NCBI GenBank assembly: GCA_964016885.1
Contig: OZ024743.1
Span: 178,312,001-178,376,000, forward strand
Direction of reading: 5' to 3'
From: Eledone cirrhosa
Taxonomy: Eukaryota
Length of the DNA: 64,000 bases
The notes under the pieces are model-generated. The model was not told the DNA's origin. It worked only from the letters and a program-made list of their open reading frames with translations, and searched no databases. Position numbers and translations under genes: made by a program. Below, in pieces: positions 24,470 through 36,807 of the stretch (positions are counted from its first letter, which is position 1; the number at the start of each line of letters is the position of its first letter).

Positions 24470-27186
24470 AATTATTGTGTACAGTGCTCAGGTGCACTAC
24501 AACTCATCAAAGGTTCATGTATAGTACATAGAATAATGGACAATCTGCCAGGCAGGCATGGCTGGCTGTCTGGCTGTGTCTGTGGCCGAGAAGGTGACAA
24601 CCAGTAAGGCCAGGAGAGAGAAAGGGTAAAAGGTCTACTGATGCCTACATCATTATCACTCGCTGACTGCTGCTTCGAGTCTTAACTTCTTAGATTCCTT
24701 AACTTCTTGTATTTATAATAGTGCTAAAGTTAGAAGGATGAGGTTGCTTTATGATCAGCCATGTGGATATCGTCTCCCAAGAAGCTGGGGTCACAGGTCA
24801 AGCGTAATGTACGTTTATCCTCGTTGTCTTTGACAAGACAAAGGTGGGAACTTTCCAATAATGGTTAGTCCCAGAAGCGAGAAACCTCAGATTCGGTTTC
24901 GAATCTTCGCCAGTAAAACATAGGAGTATTCCGTTATATATGTTTCATGTTTGGGCAGGTTCAAAGCAGTTTCTTTTTGTGCGGTTATTACAAATTTATA
25001 TAAATAATTTTTACTTAACTTGTTCGATACAAAACCGCCTGAAACTGCCCTCGGTTTCATGATACAAAGCTGTTTGTTTAAAGTGCTTATAATTATTTAA
25101 ATAATAATAATAATGAAATTATTGTGTACAGTGCTCAGGTGCACTACAACTCATCAAAGGTGCATGTATAGTACATAGAATAATGTACAAATGTCAGGAA
25201 AATAAACACTGTATGAGTCATGATATAATAACAATAACAATAATGAAATATTGTGTACAGTGCCCAGGTGCACCACAACTCATCAAAAAAGTGCATGTAC
25301 AGTACATAGGGCAATGCACAAACATCAGGAAAATGAACAGTGCACGAGTCATGATACACACATGTGTGCATGTGTATGGAAGGGGTACATCAGGTGTAGT
25401 TTTGGCGTATTTCGGGAAGCATGAGTGTCTTAAAGGATGCAGTGTCTCGGCAGCTAACAATTGACGCAGGCAGTTTGTTCCATGCTTCAGCAACTCTGAG
25501 CGTGAAAAAATGTCTGCGAAAGTCATGGGAGCTGTGCTGTTTTCTTATCTTGTAGGCATGTCCACGTGTGTTAGACACATGGAGATCAAAGAGGCGCTCA
25601 GGGTTGCAGTTGGCGAGATGGTTAAAAACTTTGTGGGTATTCACCAAGTCCATTGCCAGACGTCGGAGGTTCAATGAATCCATACCCAGGGAAGCAAGGC
25701 GTTCAGAGTATGGTAGGTGTCTGATGGAGGGTATGCGCTTGGTTGCACGTCTCTGAACAGTTTCCAGGAGGTCAATGTTCCGAGCAAGATAGGGGTTCCA
25801 GACTGATGATGCGAATTCCAAGTGTGGTCGCACCATAGCTGTATACAGTTTTAAATAGATGGCTGGAGAGCGGCTAACAAAGGTCTTGCTGAGTGATGCC
25901 AAGACACCCTCGGCCTTCTTGACAATCTTAGAGACATGCTTTGTCCAACGCAAATCGTTGCTGACAGTAATGCCCAGGTCACGTTCACAAGAGGACTTTT
26001 TGATGTCAGTGTTGTGGACGGAGTATGTGGACGCTGGATTTTTCCTTCCAAAATGCATGGTGGTACACTTGTCCACAGCCAGCTTCAGTTGCCAGTCTGT
26101 GATCCATTGCTGCATTGTGTCCAGGTCTGATTGTAGGAAAGAGTTGTAAATTTCAGGATCAGTCCTTTTGATTTCAAGGTACAGCTTGATGTCATCTGCA
26201 TATTTTAGTACCGTGGCATTCTGTAAGTTGGCATCTATGTCATTAATATATGCCACAAACAAAAGAGGACCAAGAACAGATCCCTGTGGTACACCAGATG
26301 ACATCTCATATGGTGAAGAATGCTGTCCTAGAACCGTGACTACTTCCTTTCGGCTGAGAATGAAGGATTTCAGCCAGTCGAAAAGATCATCCCTCACACC
26401 CATTGCAGAGAGTTTTGCCATAAGTCTTTTGTGTGGCACAGAATTAAAAGCCTTAGCAAAGTCAAGGTAAACAACATCCACCCATGAGCCGCTGTCAGTG
26501 ATCCGGGTGATGTCCTCAAGGAACTCGATAAGCTGATCACAGCAGCTGGAGTTAGGGATAAATCCAAACTGTGAGGGCCGGATGAGGCTGTGAGAGCTCC
26601 AGAAGTTCCAAAGTGTTTCTCTGACACAGGATTCCATCAGTTTGGCCATACAGCTAGTAAGACTGACTGGACGATAGTTGACAGGTGACATGCGGTTGCC
26701 CTTTTTGAACAGGGGAATGACACTGGCAGTTTTCCACTGCTCCGGAGTAGCACCATTGCTGAGACAGTATTGAAAGAAAAAAGAAAGCTGGCGCAAAAGG
26801 AAATCCCCGCCACGTTTGAGAAGCAGGTATGTCACACCATCAAGACCAGGGGAGGCATAGTTGCGCTTATTCTTAAGGTGACGTCGCAACATTGCAGGTG
26901 TAAATTCCATAGTTGTTATGGAATTTGATGTTAGAGATGGTGGAGATGGTACATTCTGGTTTTCAACAGTAAAAATACTTGCATAGCACTCAGCAATGAG
27001 TTCTGCGCATTCCTTGGGATCGTCAGTGATCTGGCTTGTGTGGGGATTGCGAAGAGGACCAACTGGAGAGTGAGGTCTCTGCTTTGAATGAACATATTTC
27101 CAGAACACCTTACTGTCAGGATTGGTTGCGATGCACTGTTGAAATTCAAGCACTGCCTTCTTTGTCACTTGCTAGAAATAACTTGC
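24438..27186 (-). mobile_element. 5'-truncated CR1/L2-type LINE composite inserted in the minisatellite
   Basis: Uninterrupted 592-aa ORF 25390-27168 (NYRPVSLTS, YLDFAKAF, GVPQGSVLGPLLF, KYADD, ERDLG, VRPHLEF, VQRRATK). (TTA)n tails at ~25100 and ~24440. Confidence 0.92.
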
Positions 27187-28719
27187 TAGAAATAACTACA
27201 CAAATTTTAATTCTGACTGCAGAGGTAATAGAAATAACTACACAAATTTTAATTCTGACTGTAGGGGTAATAGAAATTACTACACAAATTTTAATTCTGA
27301 CTGCAGAGGTAATAGAAATAACTACACAAATTTTAATTCTGACTGCAGAGGTAATAGAAATTACTACACAAATTTTAATTCTGACTGTAGGGGTAATAGA
27401 AATAACTACACAAATTTTAATTCTGACTGCAGAGGTAATAGAAATAACTACACAAATTTTAATTCTGACTGTAGGGGTAATAGAAATTACTACACAAATT
27501 TTAATTCTGACTGCAGAGGTAATAGAAATTACTACACAAATTTTAATTCTGACTGTAGGGGTAATAGAAATAACTACACAAATTTTAATTCTGACTGCAG
27601 AGGTAATAGAAATAACTACACAAATTTTAATTCTGACTGCAGAGGTAATAGAAATAACTACACAAATTTTAATTCTGACTGTAGGGGTAATAGAAATTAC
27701 TACACAAATTTTAATTCTGACTGCAGAGGTAATAGAAATAACTACACAAATTTTAATTCTGACTGCAGGGGTAATAGAAATAACTACACAAATTTTAATT
27801 CTGACTACAGAGGTAATAGAAATTACTACACAAATTTTAATTCTGACTACAGGGGTAATAGAAATTACTACACAAATTTTAATTCTGACTACAGGGGTAA
27901 TAGAAATTACTACACAAATTTTAATTCTGACTACAGGGGTAATAGAAATTACTACACAAATTTTAATTCTGACTACAGGGGTAATAGAAATTACTACACA
28001 AATTTTAATTCTGACTACAGGGGTAATAGAAATTACTACACAAATTTTAATTCTGACTACAGAGGTAATAGAAATTACTACACAAATTTTAATTCTGACT
28101 ACAGAGGTAATAGAAATTACTACACAAATTTTAATTCTGACTACAGAGGTAATAGAAATTACTACACAAATTTTAATTCTGACTACAGGGGTAATAGAAA
28201 TTACTACACAAATTTTAATTCTGACTACAGAGGTAATAGAAATTACTACACAAATTTTAATTCTGACTACAGGGGTAATATAAATTACTATACAAATTTT
28301 AATTCTGACTGCAGGGGTAATAGAAATAACTACACAAATTTTAATTCTGACTACAGAGGTAATAGAAATTACTACACAAATTTTAATTCTGACTACAGGG
28401 GTAATAGAAATTACTACACAAATTTTAATTCTGACTACAGGGGTAATAGAAATTACTACACAAATTTTAATTCTGACTACAGGGGTAATAGAAATTACTA
28501 CACAAATTTTAATTCTGACTACAGGGGTAATAGAAATTACTACACAAATTTTAATTCTGACTACAGGGGTAATAGAAATTACTACACAAATTTTAATTCT
28601 GACTACAGAGGTAATAGAAATTACTACACAAATTTTAATTCTGACTACAGGGGTAATATAAATTACTATACAAATTTTAATTCTGACTGCAGGGGTAATA
28701 GAAATAACTATACAAATTC
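27187..28719. repeat. 42-bp minisatellite, right arm (~36 copies)
   Basis: Same unit as the left arm, shifting to ctacaggg/attac variants distally. Confidence 0.97.
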
Positions 28720-29597
28720 TTTAGTAGTCTAGCACACTCCTACTTTTAATCTTCTGTATTTATGAAGTTTTGGGATAAATGTAAAATTTGAAAGTCTCAG
28801 GCGACAACATCATATTAGAGTAAGAATCATATATGATGACAAATCATTCTAATAACTTCACTTGTACTTGTGGCAGTGTTCACCCAGGGTGGGTTGAGTT
28901 GTCTCCATCGAAGGAATTCACAATGTAAGTTTCAATGGAGTTTCTTCGAGCAATTTAATTCACTAGCAGTGCCCAGCTACAAGTATATGCACTTTAGGAT
29001 AGTGCAATCCAAGTATTGCATCGGTTATAGCACCGAGCTCTTGCTTTCACAACCAACTCAATTTGGTGGAGCTAGTGCCGTGATGTGAATGCATGGGAGG
29101 GAGTTTGGCTGACAAAGGTGATAAATATAACCTATTTGAGCCATTTTGTAGGCCAGCAGGAGCTCACCCCACTGCCTAGCTCAGGCGTACATACTCTCAA
29201 CAACAATTTTAATATGATGTATAATGATTTCTAATAGGGTGGGGTGGGTCAATTAAGTCTTAAAATCCTATAATTATTTAGTAAAAAAAATATTTATAAA
29301 CAGGTTTTTTTTAATTCAAATATTTATGTTACCTTCATTAGTGAAAAGATCATTATGACAATTGCAGTATTAAAGAAAATACTTTAATTTTGAATCTGTT
29401 GCAGTCAGAGTATTGTTTTATACTCTAGAATAATGTCTTTTTAATGCAGTTTCATGTGGTACAGGATGTTAAGAATTAAGACTGATATCTGGTTTGACTA
29501 GTTCTCACTTTATCAAACAGAATGATGAAAAGCAAAGTTTACCTCGGCAGGGTTTGAAATGAAAATGAATATATATACTTACAATATATATATATAT

Positions 29598-30025
29598 ATC
29601 ATCATCATCATCATCATCACCATTTTGTGTCCATTTTTCCATGCTAGCATGGGTTAGACAAGTTGTTCTGTTGAGGGCAATGCCAGGTTGGGTGACCATG
29701 TCTTGCTCATACAGCAACTGATTTTAGCTTGATTTCTACAGCTGGGTGCCCTTCCTAACACCAACTCATTTACAGTGAGTACAGGGTGCTTTTTTACTGT
29801 GGAGCCTACACGACTACTTTACAGTGTGGACTGGGTGTTTTTGTTGTGACACCTCCACGACCACTTTGCAGCTTCGGCTTGTATCGGTGGGAAGTCAGGT
29901 CTTCTGTATTACTGCGTAACGCCAGAGGTCTGGGTCCTGTGTCATCGCCTTTGAGAGGTGCAATTGGGCAAGGTCAGCTTTTATCACCTCATCCCTGGTC
30001 TTCTTAGGACTCCCCACTCCAAGGC
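29598..30025 (-). mobile_element. RTE family A2-related 3' fragment
   Basis: ORF end, 3' UTR, and a (cat)n tail adjoining (TA)n. Confidence 0.8.
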
Positions 30026-30059
30026 TTCCAAAACAAACAAAATGCAGGAGGCAAAATTA

Positions 30060-31830
30060 CACATAAACGGTCATTATGTCGACGACTGTATCGGCGCCAC
30101 CTTTCTATCACAAGAACAGCTTGACTGTTTTCTTCTATCTTTTGTCCAATCTTTCCATCCTGCTCTCAATTTCACCGCCTCCGATTCTTCTGTCACTTTT
30201 CTAGATATCTCTCTATCTATTAATCACTCTCACTACACCCTCTCTACTTCCATCTTCCTTAAACCAACAGACTCCCAATCTTACCTAGACTTCACCTCCT
30301 CCCATCCAACCCACACCAAACACTCCGTACACTGTTCCCAATTCCTCCATCTTCATCGGCTCTGTAGTCAGGATGACGATTTCGAAATGAGAGTCGTGGG
30401 AAAGGACGGGAAGGAACTGCGAACCAGGAGGGCACACTTAAAAGCAGTAATGGGTGGGTTTGGAAAAAAGTGAGAAGTGACGGGGTCAGAAGAGAGGATG
30501 CGGAAGGAACGGAGGATGTGTCGCATGGCTTTCTGCTTCATCTAGCATGGATATCGCCCCACCCTGATCCAAGCTGCTCTCACCCACGTTCGTGAAACAG
30601 ACCACACCACACCCCTCTCACCTTACCCCCGCCCTCCCAACACCCGCATTCCTTTCTCTCTCATCTACCACTACAGCGACATATCCTCCGTTCCTTCCGC
30701 ATCCTCTCTTCTGACCCTGTCACTTCTCGCTTTTTTCCAAACCCACCCATTACTGGTTTTAAGTGTGCCCTCAACCTTCGCGACCTCCTGGTTCGCAGTT
30801 CCTTCCCGTCCTCTCAACCGTGTTCCCGTTCCCGCTGTAATACTTGTCCCTTCATTTCCACCCTCACCACTCTTACAGGCCTAACGGGTCTTTCCGCATC
30901 CACCACTCTTTTACCTGCACATCCACCCACGTTGTCTATGCCCTCCGGGGTTCCCTTTGTGGGTCTTTATATATTGGACAAACGGGACGCAGTTTGGCGG
31001 ACCATTTTGCTGAACATTTGAGGGACATACGACTCGGTTTGGATACTGCTGTCGCCCGTCATTTCTGTTCTCCTGGTCATTCTTCCCTACATGTTTCAGT
31101 CCTGGGTGTCCTTTTACATGGATCACAGGCCTCGCGCACCAGGACTGAACGAAGTCTGGTTCACCGCCTTGGGTCCTATTCCCCTCTTGGACTCAACTCA
31201 CCTCCCCAATATCTCTAATACCCCATCCATTATCAAACCCCTAGATTTCTATCGCTTTCTCTTGATCATTAACATCTTCTCTTACAACTAATACATGCCA
31301 ACTATATATGCTCACTCCACTTTACCCTTCACTGCTCTGTATACACCCATACACACCCTTATATTAACATACTTTTGCTCATAACTTCGTACTTACATGC
31401 ACAGACACTCTTTTACACACAAATACACCCACATTTCTTCTTAGCTTCGTACAGACATATAATAACACACACATGCTTACGCACGTGCACAAGTATAGCT
31501 CTTTTAACAAAACTTTTTTTTCCATTTCAGGTAGACGCGCTCCATCATCCACTTTTCTAATCTAAAAAATAAATCATACACAAAACGCCAGCACCAACAG
31601 TTTTGCAAGAGATGTCAATATGAATGGACCTGTTATTTTTATCTAAAGACATTTCTTTCCAATTCCAACTCCAACCCACCCGTCCCCTCAATCTATCTTA
31701 TTTCTCATTCTTCCTACTGTTGAAGGACTAGCGTCCGAAACGTTAAGACCCTCTTCCTGCTATATCAAGCGTTAACCTAATATATTCCTTCCATATACTG
31801 TACCGATTGTGTTGTTATTTCTGTTTACCT
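30060..31830 (+). mobile_element. Penelope-like element remnant (RT end, GIY-YIG endonuclease, probable terminal repeat region)
   Basis: HYVDDCIG...TFLDI...KPTDSQSYLDFTSSHP, then FTCTSTHVVYAL...LYIGQTGRSLADHFAEH...VARHF...PLGLN. Hammerhead-like motif at 31717-31748. The 3' boundary is approximate. Confidence 0.85.
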
Positions 31831-31883
31831 TTTACATACATATATATATACAGCAATTAAGAGTTACAGAGGGAAAATATTAC

Positions 31884-32018
31884 CCAAAGAATTATCCCAG
31901 ATGCTGACAAACCCATTTTCCAAACCAACAGCAATCCATGTGGTACACAGTGAGATGGCGACAATTTTGATGGCAGCAGCAAATGGCCACACTGTGTCTG
32001 GATCGGGAGGTTCAGAAT
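31884..32018 (-). CDS. WDR93: WD repeat-containing protein 93, internal exon (SEPPDPDTVWPFAAAIKIVAISLCTTWIAVGLENGFVSIWDNSL-G)
   Basis: 135-nt open exon bounded by ctcctttag and gtaata, phase 1/1. The translation matches the vertebrate WDR93 segment PEGVWPCAAPI...LVLACEDGVLTLWDLAKG as I recall it. Confidence 0.88.
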
Positions 32019-32119
32019 CTAAAGGAGTTATAAAAGAAATAAATGAACAATCAATATAAGATTATGTAAAATACATCCACATCTTTATCAGTTATTAGAC
32101 TACATTAGCAAAGCATACA

Positions 32120-32520
32120 TAGTCTTCTTCTTTACCCACTTATTCCTGAGAGGGTGGTGGGGCAGAGTCCTCAATCACAACTTTCAGTCCAGTGGGTCCT
32201 GTCAGAAGCAACCATCTCCAACTGATTCGGTTGGATCCCAAATTGAGACCAGCCAAACTCACGGATATTATCCAACCATCATGCTCAGGGTCTCCTGTCA
32301 GCTAGTTTTGGTAAAATCTGTCCAGCGATTCTTTCCTGAGATATTCTAACCACATGTCCATAATATTGGAGTTGTGATCTCTCAATTCGGAGAAGTAGTG
32401 GCTCTTCCTGGAGTGACTCTCTCATCTCTGAGCTACACACTCTATCAAGTAATGTTGCTCCAAAGACCCTTACATAGTCTTCTCAATACATCCACATGTT
32501 TATCAATTATTAGACCATAT
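32120..32520 (-). mobile_element. Old RTE-type 3' fragment of another family
   Basis: Degraded CGHVVRIS...RP..RWLDNI-like C-terminus and a (gaa)n tail. Confidence 0.5.
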
Positions 32521-32711
32521 CAGCAAATCATACATAGTCTTCTCAAACATATTTTGATCAGTGTTCTGAATATTTTACAAATAGAAATTTTTGGCCAGTA
32601 AAATTTGCATAATTTCAAAGAACATGCTTAAGTATGCCAATGGCATAACTTTTCATAATTCAGGTAACTGGTGATGTAATGTATGACATATCTCTATATC
32701 TTTCACTGAGG

Positions 32712-32745
<34 letters not shown>

Positions 32746-32746
<1 letters not shown>

Positions 32747-33103
32747 GTGTAGGTGTCACGATAAAAAACACACAGTCCACGCTGTAATGTGGCCGTGTAG
32801 GCAACACGGTAAAAACCTCCCAGTCCCACACTGTAAATGTGGTTGGTGTTAGGAAGGGCATCCAGCTGTAGAAAACACGCCAGACAGTCCACGCTGTAAT
32901 GTGGCCGTGTAGGCAACACGGTAAAAACCTCCCAGCCCCACACTGTAAATGTGGTTGGTGTTAGGAAGGGCATCCAGCTGTAGAAAACCCGCCAGACAGT
33001 CCTATGCGAGCAAGACAACCACTCTTGCCTCAAGTGGGAAAACCCCCGTCCAAACCCATGCAAGCGTGGAACATGGACGTTAAACGATGATGATGATGAT
33101 GAT
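32746..33103 (+). mobile_element. RTE family A1, 3' UTR only
   Basis: Matches 2690-3050. Preceded by (TA)n. Confidence 0.92.
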
Positions 33104-33184
33104 AAGAACTGTGAAACTGGTAAAGTAAATAAATATTCTTAAAAAACTCCAGTTGCATTTTCAATTTCTGGTATCACAACAGAA

Positions 33185-33392
33185 CAAACCCAGCTTACAC
33201 TGTAAAGTGGTAGTGCTATTACCACAACAAAATACACCCAGCCTACACTGTAAAGTGGTAGTGCTGGTACCACAATAATATGTACTCAGCCTACACTGTA
33301 AAGTGGTAGTGGTGGTGTCACAATAATATGTACTTAACCTACATTGTAAAGTGGTAGTGCTGGTGACATAATAAAAAGCACCCAGTCCACCA
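33185..33392 (+). repeat. Degenerate ~47-bp tandem repeat (4-5 units) related to the RTE/SINE cccag..cactgtaaagtgg module
   Basis: Recurring cagcctacactgtaaagtggtagtg. Confidence 0.8.
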
Positions 33393-33446
33393 TGCCAGAA
33401 TGGAACGTATAAGTGTCAACTGACTTGTCTAGCCTCAGAATGTGAC

Positions 33447-35680
33447 ATCATCATCATCATCGTTTAACGTCCATGTTCCACGCTTGCATGGGTTTGGACG
33501 GGAGTTTTCCCACTTGAGGCAAGATTGGTTGTCCTGCTTGTATAGGACTGTCTGGCAGGTTTTCTACGGCTGGATGCCCTTCCTAACACCAACCACTGGG
33601 AGGTTTTTACCGTGTTACCTACACGGCCACATTACAGCATGGACTGTGTGTTTTTTTGTCGTGACACCTACACGTCTGGCAGGTTTTCTAAAGCTGGGTG
33701 CCCTTCCCAACACCAACCACGTTTACAGTGTGGACTGGGAGGTTTTTACCGTGTTACCTACACGGCCACATTACGGCATGGACTGTGTGTTTTTTTGTTG
33801 TGACACCTACACGACCTCATTTGTTTCGGACTGGATGTTGTGGTACCAACATAACTTCACAATGAAGGGGGTGGTGTGGGTGGGGTGGGGGTAGTGGGAC
33901 GGAGTGTATTTTTGTTAGAGGTGCCTACTGACTGTAGGTTTCGCTTTGTACTTAGGCAAGGCGGGTCTTCTGTGTAACTGTGTAGCGCCAAAGATCTCAG
34001 TCCAGTGACATTGTCTTGGAGAGGTGTAAGTGTGTGAGGTCGGAATTTATCAAGTCGTCCCAGCTTTTTCTGGGTCTGCCTACTCCGTGGCTACCGTCTA
34101 TTTTTATCGCCCTGCACTTTTTTATATAGCTGTCGTCTTTCATGCGCATCACGTGACCGTACCAATGTAGTCTTCTCTCGAGTAAACAACATCTGATCCC
34201 TCTTATTCCTAATTTCTCCCTTAGTTCGTTTATGCTTTGCCGTTCACGTATATTACTATTACACATCCAGCGGAGCATGCAAGCTTCGTTTCTCTCGAGC
34301 CTGCGTATATCCTCTGCACACAATGCCCAGGTCTCACTGCCATGTAACATTGCTGTTCATATGCAGGCATCATACAGCCTACCTTTCATTTTTAGAGAGA
34401 ACCCTTTAGCGGCCAATAGTGGTATAAGCTCTCTGAACTTTTTCCATCCCGTTCTGACTCAAGCTACTGTACTATCAGAGCACTTTCCCCCACTGCTGAT
34501 TTTGTCATCCAGCTTAGCTGTGATCCCACTACATCTTTTATGCACCCATACTTTGCATTTGGGACATAAAATGGAGTTTCTGCCTACTCCTTTCCTACAC
34601 ACTAAGTATGGCCATTTCCCAGATGGGACCGGTGCCCTATTTTCCTTCCTACAAACAAGAACTTTAGTCTTAGACAAGTTAACTTTAAGGCCTTTTGATT
34701 CTAGGTCATGCTTCCATGTTTGGAATTTCTTCTCTAGTTCAGCCATTGATTCAGCTATGAGCGTTAGATCATCTGTATATAGGAGTTCCCATGGTCAGCC
34801 AGTCTTGAACTCCTCTGTTATAGCCTGAAGGGCAATAATAAATAGTAGGGGGCTAAGGACGGAGCCCTGATGAACACCAACTTTTACGCTAAATTCTTCA
34901 CTATATTCGTTGTTAATTCTAACCTTGCTGACTGTTTCTTTATAAATGGTTTGTATAGCTCTCACAAGCCATTCATCAACACCTAGTTTTCTAAGAGCCC
35001 ACCAGATAATGGAGCGGGGGACTCTGTCAAAGGCTTTCTCCAAGTCAACAAAAGCTAAGTATAGGGGTTTACTTTTAGCTAGGTTCTTCTCCTGTAGTTG
35101 TCGTACAATGAAAAGAGCGTCTGTGGTACTTTTACCTGACACAAACCCGAACTGATTAGTTGCACTATTACTTTTTCTGTAACCTTCATGACCTGGTCGA
35201 TTAATTTAATGCCTCTATAGTTACACTTATCTAGGGCATCTCCTTTACCCTTGTAGCAGTTAATGATGATGCCGCTACTCCAGTCCTTCGGAACGGCCCC
35301 ATTCATATGACTTGGTTTACTATCCGGGTGACCATAGTGTGTCCCACCGTTCCAGATGCTTTCAGCATTTCAGCAACTATTTCCGAAGGCCCAGCCGCCT
35401 TACCCGTCTTCATATCTTTGATTGCCTTACTTATAATACTACCTTTAACTTGCACCGCTGGTCCTTTTATTGGATAAATTTGGGGCAGACTATCTTTTTC
35501 CCATTTATTCTCCTCATTTAATACTCTCACGTAGTGACACTTCCAAGCTACCTTCTTATCAGCGTCAGTGATGGCAAGTACACCATCATCATTTAGGACA
35601 CACTTCTCCCCGAAAATATCACGGTTTTCCTTGACACATTACCTAGCAATCCTAAACACCTCACGATTTTGTCCTCGCAT
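33447..35680 (-). mobile_element. RTE family A1-related copy, 5'-truncated, with deletions and stops
   Basis: ORF pieces 35303-35530, 34795-35142, 34459-34746 and 33997-34350, plus 3' UTR and tail. Confidence 0.93.
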
Positions 35681-36027
35681 TGTAGAAAATTATGCAAGCA
35701 TGGAAAAGACAAAAGATGGTGATGATGATAAACATCTCCAAAGGTATGAAAATACAAAGTTGACTTAAAACATAGTCCTGCCGTTTACTATTACAGTTAA
35801 ACAAATACTCTCTTATAACCAATCCATGTTTACATGGGTTGGATGGGTCTTATCCAGCAGAGCCGCCTCCATTCATATCATTCCTTCACCTGCTTCTCTG
35901 TAAAGTTCATTTTGAGATTAGCTCTAATCATTTCTGACCAGGTTTTAACACTATATAAGTTGAATATGATACATAATTTGGAGAATCCGTTGAGATAAGT
36001 TCAAGTTTATTATTATTCGTATCTCCA

Positions 36028-36225
36028 GGGCGGTGGATTGGCAGTATCAGTAGAGAGTCGGACACCATGCTTTGTAGCAAAGAGTTACGGCCCTTTATGG
36101 TCTGAGTTCAAATCCCGCCGAGGTTAACTTTGCTTTTCATCCGTACGGGGTCGATAAAATAAAGTACCAGTAATACACTGGGATAATTGCTGGCCTTGTG
36201 CCAAAAGTAGAAACAATTATTATTC
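36028..36225 (+). mobile_element. SINE of the second family
   Basis: ggcggtggattggcag head, gagttcaaatcc B box, and a ...agtagaaacaattattat tail. Confidence 0.75.
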
Positions 36226-36626
36226 GCATGAGATTTGTACATATTTATATATATATGTAGGTATGTGACATGTATATATATATATATATATATATTTCGT
36301 TTCTGAATTTGTTTAGCAAGATTCTTTATCTGAAAACGTGTGTTGAAACCGATATTGTTATACTTTGGGAGGGTCATGTTGCCAATAAGAAACACAAGCA
36401 CCAGTTGCTTTCACTTCAATTTATTATAATAAATTTATAAATTTAGGAATTTATAACTTTCCGGTTGGTTGGTTGGTTCCACAACCGGATGATTGTTCAT
36501 ATATTGTCAAAGTTCTTTCGTCACACATTCTGTGACCTCTTCAGTGACTGGGGATTCTTTTCTTTGTTTTTGTGCCTCTCCTTTGTTCTGTCCTACGCCA
36601 TCTTGTTTTTGTCTGTATTGTCACAC

Positions 36627-36657
<31 letters not shown>

Positions 36658-36660
36658 CAC

Positions 36661-36695
<35 letters not shown>

Positions 36696-36728
36696 CATAT
36701 ATGTATATATATATACATATATATATAC

Positions 36729-36763
<35 letters not shown>

Positions 36764-36774
36764 CATATATATAC

Positions 36775-36805
<31 letters not shown>

Positions 36806-36807
36806 CA

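Noticed and set aside
23037-28283. Long repetitive ORFs (RGNRNNYTNFNSDC)n, (ITSAVRIKICVVIS)n and (EITTQILILTAEVI)n
   Set aside because: By-product of a 42-nt unit that is stop-free in several frames. The ATG comes from a LINE tail, the array is broken by a LINE, and it lies inside a WDR93 intron.
5770-28719. CRISPR-like appearance of the 42-, 48-, 49- and 93-bp arrays
   Set aside because: Units are head-to-tail with no unique spacers, there are no cas genes, and the context is eukaryotic.
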